Assembly (NCBI GenBank): GCA_020160975.1 | Contig: JAIUPJ010000001.1 | Span: 30,001-62,000 of the forward strand | Origin: Candidatus Saccharimonadota bacterium | GTDB taxonomy: Bacteria; Patescibacteriota; Saccharimonadia; Saccharimonadales; Saccharimonadaceae | Direction of reading: 5' to 3' | Length of the DNA: 32,000 bases | Shown: piece after piece, positions 23,550-31,074 of the stretch | Layout: every line of letters starts with the position of its first letter | Position numbering within the stretch: position 1 is the stretch's first letter | The notes under the pieces: model-generated | What the model saw: the letters and a program-made list of their open reading frames with translations, nothing else | Told to the model about the DNA's origin: nothing | Database searches by the model: none | Position numbers and translations under genes: made by a program

Positions 23550-24360
23550 CCCCCGGACCGAAGCCGCACTGGCTTCTCTCAAAGAGAACTTGCCTCATGC
23601 GCTTTTGCTCACAGGACTAAGCGGAGCTGGCCTCTACACTACTGCACGTATGCTTACGGACAAAAAACTGGAGATGACAATCAAGCCGACTGATCGAGAG
23701 GGTAACGTTGACTCCTCTCCGAAGGGCATCATTCGAGCCAAGCAGATCCGACAACTCATCGAGCACGCCGTAAAAAAAACTAGCAACCAGCGCTATTACA
23801 TCGTCGACGATGCTGATCAAATGAACCACACTGCCCAAAATGCCTTTTTGAAACTCCTCGAAGAACCGCCAGAGCACGTTTCTTTCATTCTGACATCTCA
23901 CACGCCTCACAAGCTGCTCCCGACAATTCTTTCGCGTCTTCAGCGCATCACACTTGACCCGATCAGCAGCGTCCAATCGCAGGCGCTTCTGTCTGCACAT
24001 GACGTTACAAGTGAGCGCGATCAGTCACAAATGCTTTTTCTCGCACAAGGCCTGCCCGCTACATTGACACGCCTTGCGCTCGACCAGAAATACTTCCAAG
24101 CGGCGAGCACGTCCATTCGTGATGCACGTACATTACTTCAAGGCGATGCGGTTACCAGGATCCAACTCATCGAATCATACCAAAAGGACCGCGCGCAGAC
24201 GCTTGCCCTGCTGCAATCAGCGCAACGAATCGTACGTCACAGCCTCAGCACTCAGCCTAGCAGCGACATCATCACGACCGCGGATCGCCTTGCCACCGCA
24301 TACGATCGAATCGCTGCCAATGGCAACATTCGCCTCCAGCTGATGGGATTTATCGTCTGA
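23530..24360 (+). CDS. holB: DNA polymerase III delta-prime subunit
   Basis: Contains NAFLKLLEEPPEHVSFILTS, a PTILSR sensor motif and a degenerate P-loop. It overlaps the upstream gene by 20 nt. Confidence 0.8.
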   Translation: MTSLIFSPRTEAALASLKENLPHALLLTGLSGAGLYTTARMLTDKKLEMTIKPTDREGNVDSSPKGIIRAKQIRQLIEHAVKKTSNQRYYIVDDADQMNHTAQNAFLKLLEEPPEHVSFILTSHTPHKLLPTILSRLQRITLDPISSVQSQALLSAHDVTSERDQSQMLFLAQGLPATLTRLALDQKYFQAASTSIRDARTLLQGDAVTRIQLIESYQKDRAQTLALLQSAQRIVRHSLSTQPSSDIITTADRLATAYDRIAANGNIRLQLMGFIV

Positions 24361-24382
24361 TTATGGTACAATAGCCACTAGT

Positions 24383-25039
24383 ATGTTTGGACTTCTTCTT
24401 GTCACAATCGTTAGCGCCTGGGCGATTTGGCGTAGCGAAAGCATCGATGAAACCGTCAACGATTTGTCGCAGAAAGTATCGGTTAAGCTCGACAAGCTTT
24501 GGGATATTGCACAAGATTCACTAAAAGAGCGTAAGTACCTGCGCGCGGAAAAAGCCCTGCTGACAATTCTTCGAGTTGACGAAAAAAACGCCACAGCATA
24601 TAACCGACTCGGTATTTTGTACGCCAAGCAGCAAGCCTATAGCGACGCCATCGAATGTTTTGAGATCGCACAAAGTCTTGAACCAAGTGCGAGCAGTTTG
24701 CACAACGTAGGACTTATTTATTACGAAACGGGTCATTATGACAAAGCTGCGCTGGCATTTGAACAAGCGCTTGGCATAGAAGATACCCACGCCTCGCGGC
24801 ACATCGCATACGCTAAGGTGCAGGAGAAACTTGGTAACACCAAGCAGATGATCGCATCACTCGAAAAAGCCGTCGAGATCGACCCAAGTGTGCAGTCATA
24901 TCACATTCTGGCTGATGCATACGAACGTGCGGGCGAGACCGAAAAAGCAACCGAACTTCGCGAGCAAGTCAACAAAGAGCTCGCGAGCAAAAACCCGCCA
25001 ACTCGCCAGGTGCAGCAAGTTCGCAAAGTGCAGATCTAG
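24383..25039 (+). CDS. Membrane-anchored TPR-repeat protein
   Basis: N-terminal TM helix followed by repeated A..Y..LG..Y......A...FE.AL TPR patterns. Confidence 0.7.
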   Translation: MFGLLLVTIVSAWAIWRSESIDETVNDLSQKVSVKLDKLWDIAQDSLKERKYLRAEKALLTILRVDEKNATAYNRLGILYAKQQAYSDAIECFEIAQSLEPSASSLHNVGLIYYETGHYDKAALAFEQALGIEDTHASRHIAYAKVQEKLGNTKQMIASLEKAVEIDPSVQSYHILADAYERAGETEKATELREQVNKELASKNPPTRQVQQVRKVQI

Positions 25040-25164
25040 CGCTTCACTGATAACAGTAAACCCTGGTTCTTTCTCATTTGGCATTATAAGTGGACCACGT
25101 TTTTTCTGTCTATTCACTCTCTTCTAGGTATACAAAAACAAACGAAATAAATTTGGATTATTTT

Positions 25165-25193
25165 TTGCAGATTTTAATTAAATAATGCATAAT
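25165..25193 (+). promoter_or_regulatory. Candidate promoter of the NUDIX gene
   Basis: TTGCAG, 17-nt spacer, TGCATAAT. The ATG lies 8 nt after the -10 box with no SD, so the mRNA may be leaderless. Confidence 0.45.
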
Positions 25194-25201
25194 ACTCTCT
25201 C

Positions 25202-25648
25202 ATGAATAGAACAGGAAAATATCCAGATACAATTTATCGCGTTGGAACAAAAGCTGTCATTAAAAACGAAGAAGGAAAGGTGCTCTGCGTACATGACACG
25301 GGCGAGGAGGACATGTGGTCGCTTCCTGGCGGAGGACTAGATCATGGCGATGACGTGCCTGGCGGTCTAAAGAGGGAGCTAGGTGAAGAGTTGGACTACC
25401 ATGGCGAGGTCGCACTTGAGTACAATAACTCGTGTGTCTACTACTCTCATGCAATTGGAGCTTTCGTTCTCTATCTTGTGTTCGATGTCGAGCTACTCGA
25501 CCAGTACTCTCCTCATGCTGGTATTGACGCAAAAGAGGTCGCCTATCTCAGCCCAGAAGACCTGGCAGGATATAACGACAGGCAAGCTGAAATCATTAAA
25601 AAGTATGGCTTTGGTGAAGCTATTGACTTTCCGATACTAAGACCTTGA
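25202..25648 (+). CDS. NUDIX hydrolase
   Basis: Nudix box GGGLDHGDDVPGGLKRELGEELD. Confidence 0.85.
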   Translation: MNRTGKYPDTIYRVGTKAVIKNEEGKVLCVHDTGEEDMWSLPGGGLDHGDDVPGGLKRELGEELDYHGEVALEYNNSCVYYSHAIGAFVLYLVFDVELLDQYSPHAGIDAKEVAYLSPEDLAGYNDRQAEIIKKYGFGEAIDFPILRP

Positions 25649-25673
25649 GACAAATAAAAGCCTCTGCTATAAT
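25645..25673 (+). promoter_or_regulatory. Promoter of the tRNA-Thr/tRNA-Tyr unit
   Basis: TTGAGA (25645-25650), 17-nt spacer, TGcTATAAT (25665-25673). Confidence 0.6.
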
Positions 25674-25710
25674 ACGTTGAAGCGTAAACGCTGCATCTGA
25701 TTATTTGTAT

Positions 25711-25787
25711 GCCGCTTTAGCTCAGCTGGTTAGAGCAACTGTTTTGTAAACAGTAGGTCCACGGTTCGAATCCGTGAAGCGGCTCCA
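25711..25787 (+). tRNA. tRNA-Thr (anticodon UGU), CCA encoded
   Basis: Cloverleaf folded by hand: acceptor GCCGCTT/AAGCGGC, anticodon stem ACTGT/ACAGT with loop TTTGTAA, T-loop TTCGAAT. Confidence 0.93.
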
Positions 25788-25841
25788 AGATGCATGCATA
25801 AAACATTGTTGTGCCTGCATTACGGAAAGATACAATCTCAC

Positions 25842-25926
25842 GCCGGAATCGTCTAGTGGCAATGACAAGAGACTGTAAATCTCTCGGCGCAAGCCTTCGT
25901 AGGTTCGAGTCCTACTTCCGGCACCA
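25842..25926 (+). tRNA. tRNA-Tyr (anticodon GUA), long variable arm, CCA encoded
   Basis: Acceptor GCCGGAA/TTCCGGC, anticodon loop CTGTAAA, variable-arm stem GGC-GCAA-GCC, T arm GTAGG-TTCGAGT-CCTAC. Confidence 0.93.
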
Positions 25927-25933
25927 AATAAGC

Positions 25934-25962
25934 TATCGGTCCTCGTGACCGGTATTTTATTT
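25934..25962 (+). terminator. Rho-independent terminator after tRNA-Tyr
   Basis: Stem of about 8 bp (25934-25941/25947-25954, one G-U pair) with loop CTCGT, then TTTTATTT. Confidence 0.65.
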
Positions 25963-26051
25963 AGTCTCGACATTGAGCCCGAGAACCGTCCTTTTGCTAT
26001 AGCAGAAGAGGTTTTGCGGAATGAAACGAAGGATGAAGCCTAGCGACGGAT

Positions 26052-26072
26052 GTCCTACTTCCGGCGCCAAAA
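26052..26072 (+). repeat. Direct repeat of the tRNA-Tyr 3' end (att-like)
   Basis: GTCCTACTTCCGGCgCCAAA matches GTCCTACTTCCGGCaCCAAA at 25909-25929 with one mismatch. Confidence 0.75.
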
Positions 26073-26106
26073 GTAAATCACCTAGCAAAATGCTAGGTGA
26101 TTTACT
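26072..26106 (-). terminator. 16-bp perfect hairpin immediately 3' of the minus-strand tRNA-Thr
   Basis: AGTAAATCACCTAGCA pairs with TGCTAGGTGATTTACT across a 3-nt loop. A short T-run follows on the minus strand. Confidence 0.6.
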
Positions 26107-26107
26107 A

Positions 26108-26183
26108 TGGAGCCACGATCGGGGGTTGAACCCGAGACCTCATCCTTACCATGGATGCGCTCTACCAACTGAGCTATCGCGGC
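26108..26183 (-). tRNA. tRNA-Thr (anticodon GGU), CCA encoded
   Basis: The reverse complement folds with acceptor GCCGCGA/TCGTGGC (one G-U pair), anticodon stem CATCC/GGATG with loop ATGGTAA, and T-loop TTCAACC. Confidence 0.92.
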
Positions 26184-26331
26184 ATGCATAAACTAGTGCA
26201 CCATCGAAAGATTGCTGTGCAAATCCGGCCATTTGAAGCTGATAGAGCGCGTACACTATACATTTAACTCGTCTTTGGCTCGGACAGGAACCGACCTATC
26301 GGGGCATCACAATCATTTTAACAGATAATGA

Positions 26332-26340
26332 TGGTACAAT
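26332..26340 (+). promoter_or_regulatory. Extended -10 box (TGgTACAAT) 6 nt upstream of the yajQ ATG
   Basis: The spacing places the expected transcription start at or next to the A of ATG 26347, and there is no SD. Confidence 0.45.
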
Positions 26341-26346
26341 AAAGAC

Positions 26347-26841
26347 ATGGCAAACTTTAGTTTTGATATCGAAAGCAGCTACGACAAGGCTGAAATGAAT
26401 AATGTCGAGCAGCTAGTCGTCAAGGAGATTGCAAATCGCTATGATTTCAAAGGCACCCCAGCGAGTATCGAATGGCTAGCAGACAAAAAAGGTTTCAAAG
26501 TCATTGGTAGTAACGAGTGGCAGCTCGAAGCAGTCATCGACATGGTCGGCAAGCAGCTCGCAAAGCGCGGCATGACCAGCAAGGTACTTGACCTCAGTGG
26601 CAAAGTGACCGAGGCTAATCTACGCGCGTGGAAGGATGTGCCATTTCGCGACGGGCTGAAGCAAGCTGATGCCAAGAAAATCACCAAACTCCTCAAAGAA
26701 TCACACCCTAAAGCCAAAACCCAGATTCAAGGTGACGCTGTGCGCGTGACGAGCAGCAGCAAGGATGAGCTTCAGTCGGTCATGACCACTCTCCGCGCAG
26801 CTGACTTCGACTTTCCGCTCCTATTCACAAATTATCGCTAG
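26347..26841 (+). CDS. yajQ: YajQ-family (UPF0234) nucleotide-binding protein
   Basis: Starts SFDIES, with RYDFKG, then IQGDAVRV and FTNYR at the end. This is collinear with E. coli YajQ as I remember it. Confidence 0.85.
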   Translation: MANFSFDIESSYDKAEMNNVEQLVVKEIANRYDFKGTPASIEWLADKKGFKVIGSNEWQLEAVIDMVGKQLAKRGMTSKVLDLSGKVTEANLRAWKDVPFRDGLKQADAKKITKLLKESHPKAKTQIQGDAVRVTSSSKDELQSVMTTLRAADFDFPLLFTNYR

Positions 26842-26858
26842 TCACTGGCTGCTTACTC

Positions 26859-26887
26859 TTGAAAAAATCATCCACCTCTGCTATAAT
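26859..26887 (+). promoter_or_regulatory. rpmG promoter
   Basis: TTGAAA (26859-26864), 17-nt spacer, TGcTATAAT (26879-26887). Confidence 0.6.
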
Positions 26888-26926
26888 CAGTTATTGATTG
26901 TAATTATCAACCACTAAAGGAACTCT

Positions 26927-27136
26927 ATGGCTAAGAAAACGAATACAAAGCGCAAGATCGTTGCTCTCGTGAGCGAGCTGACAGGTCACCGCACCTACGT
27001 CACGCGCAAGAACACCATGAACACTCCAGACAAGCTGGAGCTTAACAAGTACGACCCAAAGGCACGCAAGCACGCTAAGTACGTCGAGACCAAGAAATCT
27101 CTCGGACGCAACGAAGTAAAGCCACGCAAAGGCTAG
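26927..27136 (+). CDS. rpmG: 50S ribosomal protein L33, cysteine-free form with C-terminal extension
   Basis: Contains YVTRKNTMNTPDKLELNKYDPKARKH. No Cys residue. Confidence 0.88.
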   Translation: MAKKTNTKRKIVALVSELTGHRTYVTRKNTMNTPDKLELNKYDPKARKHAKYVETKKSLGRNEVKPRKG

Positions 27137-27156
27137 CCATCATTTTGCATCATGCG

Positions 27157-27187
27157 ATAGAGCCGAACCTGCGGCTCTATTTATTTT
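27157..27187 (+). terminator. Rho-independent terminator after rpmG
   Basis: 9-bp stem ATAGAGCCG/CGGCTCTAT followed by TTATTTT. It overlaps the 3' end of the convergent minus-strand gene. Confidence 0.75.
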
Positions 27188-27905
27188 CTGGTATATCGCA
27201 ATACAATGCTGCGAGATTAGTATCAATTGCTTCAGCCAACCACAAACCATTTGACAGCAACTTGTCGAGTTGCGCTTCATCAGGATGAGGGCTCTCAACA
27301 TAGAGATAAAGCGTATTGTCCTCTACCTCCACACTCGCGTGATCAAAATGGCTCACAATCACCTCGGCAACTTGCGGCGTCACGCATCGTTCAATTTCAA
27401 GTGTATGTGTGGCACGGCCATAAACAGTGTATTCGTCTAAGAAATGATGAGAGTATGGCAAAAGACCCCCGACATACAGTTGAGCAAGCTGCTCAAAAGA
27501 CGACTCGAACACTGTAAGGCGATTTCGATGTCCAATATAAAAATGCGGCAGCGTCGACTTTGTATGCAAATCGACAGTAAGAATGAGCCAGTGGCAACGC
27601 TGCTCCTTATGCGTCTTACGTGTCAGGACAACATCGTTGCGCAGAACAAGCGCCACATCGTAACCTCGAACTGAACCGACCGAATAATGATTATCCCGAT
27701 GCGTGTGCGAAACAGTGTGACCGCGTACGAGCCGGTGGTCGTCGTCATTTTGATGAACTGTTCCGAAGTAAACAAGGCCGAGTTTTTCTGCAAAGCGGCG
27801 AACAATGGTCGCTACCTGCCGTGCTTTGACGAGATGCACGGGTGACATGTGTCGCAAGGTTCGCTTGGTGCGGGCGTACAACTTTTTCCTATGAAGCGTA
27901 CTCAT
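27177..27905 (-). CDS. Hypothetical His-rich 242-aa protein, last cistron of the glucan operon
   Basis: Intact ORF starting 7 nt after the GH15 stop. No family confidently recognised. Confidence 0.55.
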   Translation of the reverse strand: MSTLHRKKLYARTKRTLRHMSPVHLVKARQVATIVRRFAEKLGLVYFGTVHQNDDDHRLVRGHTVSHTHRDNHYSVGSVRGYDVALVLRNDVVLTRKTHKEQRCHWLILTVDLHTKSTLPHFYIGHRNRLTVFESSFEQLAQLYVGGLLPYSHHFLDEYTVYGRATHTLEIERCVTPQVAEVIVSHFDHASVEVEDNTLYLYVESPHPDEAQLDKLLSNGLWLAEAIDTNLAALYCDIPENK

Positions 27906-27912
27906 GCCATCA

Positions 27913-29856
27913 TCACTCTGTTATCGTATCCAACATGGTTGATAGGTATTCTGCCTGACTCCATGCGAGGGGAGCAACCGAAACTTCGTTACCGGTGGCG
28001 GGGTCGATTTGCTCAGCCAGCACACCTGTTGGCCACATACTGTCTCTGGCCCAATCGATAATATGTCGCGCATCGTCTTCACGTCCTACTTCGAGGTAAT
28101 ATTGTGCGATCCAAAGCGAGGTCACAAACCACCAGTTTCCTAGACTCTTTTCGTCGCTTCGACGATAGTTATCATGCTCGTAACGAGGAAAGCCAGGTTT
28201 GTCGGGGCTGGTCTTCATGATTTTTTCGACCGTAGCGATTGCTTGAGTTGCCTCAGGACTGTCAACGGGAAACAGGCCAAACATAAATGCACCGAACACA
28301 CTCGACAAGTCGATTGTCTCATCTGGCGACACTTCACCCGTAGGCTTGGTAGTAATGCCTTTGTAGAATGCTTTTCGTTGCGTGTTGACAAAATACTGCT
28401 CGGCAGCACTTCGCATGTCATCGGCGGCTGCTCGCCATTTCACGGCGTTGTCGTTGTCTTTGCGAATCTCAGCCAAGTCAGCAGCGGCCAGCAATGCGGC
28501 GTACGTCACGGCAGTCGTATAGGTAGTCGTCATAAATTGCTCTTCCCACAAATCATAGCTTGCTCGTGGCAGATGGGTGTGTTCGTCAATGTAGCTCGCC
28601 AAAAAATCTGCCATCGGCATCACCATAGGCTCATAAAATTCCTTTAACAGAACCGCGTCATTTTGCATATGGTAGTACTGACTAAATACGAACAGAACAA
28701 GCGCAGTTTCGTCCGTCTGAATTGGTGGTGCTACCACTCCATCATCATGTAGATAGGGGTGCCAGCTGCTGCCCAGTGCGCCGTCTGCACGATACTTGTG
28801 CATCAAGTAGCCACCTGCATTGAGCGAACGCCGACAAAACTCAAAGAAACGATGCGGCTCATCTTTGTAGCCCATCCGGATCAATGGCCACAGCACATAC
28901 GCACCATCTCGAGGCCAACAATAGGCATAGGCATCACGCCAATAATTCAGCATGCCGCTGTCTGTACTGGCAATCACGGCACCGCGCTTGTCGATATGCG
29001 ACTTCACCAGCATAGCGCTTTTGAGAAACGATTCGCTGTAGCCTAATCCTAATTTCTCTGCTGTTTTGCGGGCAGGCCGGAGCCAATCGTGCCACCATTT
29101 GGCGGTGACATCGAACCGTCGATGCAATCCTTGACGCTGCAGCTGCTTATGAATGTACAGCGCTTCACGCATTGATGTACCGCACGCTACCCAATAATGC
29201 GCTCGTCGCGAGCTATGTCCGGGAATGTTAAATCTAAATCGCAGCGTAGAGTCGACCCGTCCGTGCTCGACAGCCGAACCGCTTAATTCACCGTCCTCAG
29301 CGTCTCGATACGTCCCGTCATGACCCTCAATCGCAAAAAGTCCCACAGCATATTGGTCAAACGCATGGCCCGCATCGTCGACCGCCCCTACCACAAAGGC
29401 ACGGCGACCACGGTAATGAAGCACGGCGTGGTCATCGGGAAGATACTGCCCTGTGTCGGTATTGCTACGCGCGTCGCCTACCACAAATGCTTGGTGGAGA
29501 AACAGTCGAATATCACGCTTTTCTGCATGCTGGTTCACGACATGAATATTGCGCATAAATGCACTGAACTCTGCGTCAACCGTATCGTCAAATTCCACAA
29601 TAATGCCGATCTTTTTGTTACGTGCTATCACGTGGCCAATCAACGAGTGGTGTGGGTATGAAAAGTCAAATGTCCAGTCGCCATTATCGAGCCAACTCAG
29701 GCTGCCGTCTACCCAGACCCCAACAAGGTGGCGCAAGTGTTTTCCGGCGGCGTGATTTTCCAGTCCAACATATGGGAAATAAAAGTCGTGCACTAACCCG
29801 TATTTGTTGATGCCAACGTGGAGCTCACCGTTGCTTAGGACGATAGGACGGGCCAT
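27913..29856 (-). CDS. Glycoside hydrolase family 15 (glucoamylase/glucodextranase-like)
   Basis: 647 aa, containing YAYCWPRDGAYV, the GH15 W-x-RD motif. The architecture is an N-terminal beta-domain plus an (alpha/alpha)6 catalytic domain. Confidence 0.8.
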   Translation of the reverse strand: MARPIVLSNGELHVGINKYGLVHDFYFPYVGLENHAAGKHLRHLVGVWVDGSLSWLDNGDWTFDFSYPHHSLIGHVIARNKKIGIIVEFDDTVDAEFSAFMRNIHVVNQHAEKRDIRLFLHQAFVVGDARSNTDTGQYLPDDHAVLHYRGRRAFVVGAVDDAGHAFDQYAVGLFAIEGHDGTYRDAEDGELSGSAVEHGRVDSTLRFRFNIPGHSSRRAHYWVACGTSMREALYIHKQLQRQGLHRRFDVTAKWWHDWLRPARKTAEKLGLGYSESFLKSAMLVKSHIDKRGAVIASTDSGMLNYWRDAYAYCWPRDGAYVLWPLIRMGYKDEPHRFFEFCRRSLNAGGYLMHKYRADGALGSSWHPYLHDDGVVAPPIQTDETALVLFVFSQYYHMQNDAVLLKEFYEPMVMPMADFLASYIDEHTHLPRASYDLWEEQFMTTTYTTAVTYAALLAAADLAEIRKDNDNAVKWRAAADDMRSAAEQYFVNTQRKAFYKGITTKPTGEVSPDETIDLSSVFGAFMFGLFPVDSPEATQAIATVEKIMKTSPDKPGFPRYEHDNYRRSDEKSLGNWWFVTSLWIAQYYLEVGREDDARHIIDWARDSMWPTGVLAEQIDPATGNEVSVAPLAWSQAEYLSTMLDTITE

Positions 29857-29862
29857 CTAATC

Positions 29863-31074
29863 CTATACCTCATGTCCAAGTTGCATCAGGCGGTACTGCA
29901 TATCTCGCATGGCATTCATAAAGTACATATAACCGTCGTATGGAGACTGGTAGGGACTGAAGTACGCGTGTACATCACCGTCGCTAAACCATTTTGTGCA
30001 CATGTAGTAGACATGGTCGGACGTTTGTAATTTGCGCCAATCAGCTATCAACGTCATATCACCGCAGGCGAGCACCGCTTTCTCCATGTCATATATAAAT
30101 CTAATCGCTTGCTGCTGCATATCATTACCGAGCCAAGCACTGAGGTCACGCTCATTATCTGCCCAAGTGATTGTCTGAGGACAGTCAAGCACGTCTGCGG
30201 GTTCAAAGCTCTCAGCCGCTTCTGTCACTGTCATGAATGTATGATCGGCCTGTGCCATCCATGCACCTGGCAGCGACTCAAGAAAGTCGAAAATTCCTGT
30301 CTCGCCCCATTGATGTTCACCAAATGTCTCATAGTCCATGAATAGGTTAATGAGCGGCTGATCCCAGGATTGGCCAAGCCACCCGATGAACTTTTCGGTT
30401 GTCAAGGGATAGTCTGACCACTGTCGATTTCCAAAACGAAACGCAATATCATCACTGAGCTTGTAGTTTTTTGTGAGTATCCTGATCGACTCAGCTGCAG
30501 GCGGCTGATATACAAAATTCGGACTGCGCCATCCCATGATGCCGTCCCAACCTTCCGCTAGAATTGCTTTGTATCCCGCTTGGTCTGCCCACTGTGCCAG
30601 CTCGTTGTTATAGCTTAGCTCGGTGTTACGAAATGCAGTGGGTGTCACGCCAAAAATAGACTGAACCTTTTCGCGGTGCATTGTCACTTGCGCTTCAAAC
30701 TCTTCGCGAGAGAAGAAGAATGCCAGCGAATGATAGTAGGTTTCTGCCACTATCTCTACCCGACCTGTCGCTACTAGAGCCTTAAAGCTCTCGAGGACTT
30801 CAGGTTGATACTGCTCAAACTGTTCTATCACCGTACCTGTTATCGACAGCGATAGTTTAAACTCTGGATGCGTTTCCAGCATACACAGCAGCCGTTGATT
30901 AGTAGGTAGGTACGACTTATCGGCAACCTTGTGCAAAATATCTTCGTTATTCCCCCGTGCGCCAGTCGGCATATCGAAGTAATTATGGCTATAGCCCGCA
31001 TCAAAGATACTATACGGTCGAATTCGGTACGGTTGATGGACGTGAAGATAGAGAACTATGGCACGCTTACTCAT
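29863..31074 (-). CDS. Glycoside hydrolase family 57 (alpha-amylase-like)
   Basis: Contains LYLHVHQPYR (GH57 region I) and FMDYETFGEH (region IV-like). The start ATG 31074 forms an ATGA overlap with the upstream stop; the tracked start 31155 lies inside the GT4 gene. Confidence 0.8.
   Translation of the reverse strand: MSKRAIVLYLHVHQPYRIRPYSIFDAGYSHNYFDMPTGARGNNEDILHKVADKSYLPTNQRLLCMLETHPEFKLSLSITGTVIEQFEQYQPEVLESFKALVATGRVEIVAETYYHSLAFFFSREEFEAQVTMHREKVQSIFGVTPTAFRNTELSYNNELAQWADQAGYKAILAEGWDGIMGWRSPNFVYQPPAAESIRILTKNYKLSDDIAFRFGNRQWSDYPLTTEKFIGWLGQSWDQPLINLFMDYETFGEHQWGETGIFDFLESLPGAWMAQADHTFMTVTEAAESFEPADVLDCPQTITWADNERDLSAWLGNDMQQQAIRFIYDMEKAVLACGDMTLIADWRKLQTSDHVYYMCTKWFSDGDVHAYFSPYQSPYDGYMYFMNAMRDMQYRLMQLGHEV

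Noticed and set aside
25040-25110. Terminator after the TPR gene (GTGGACCAC followed by T6)
   Set aside because: The stem is only 3-4 bp with a 1-3 nt loop, which is too weak to call.
25722-25973. 83-aa minus-strand ORF
   Set aside because: It overlaps two cleanly folding tRNA genes on the opposite strand.
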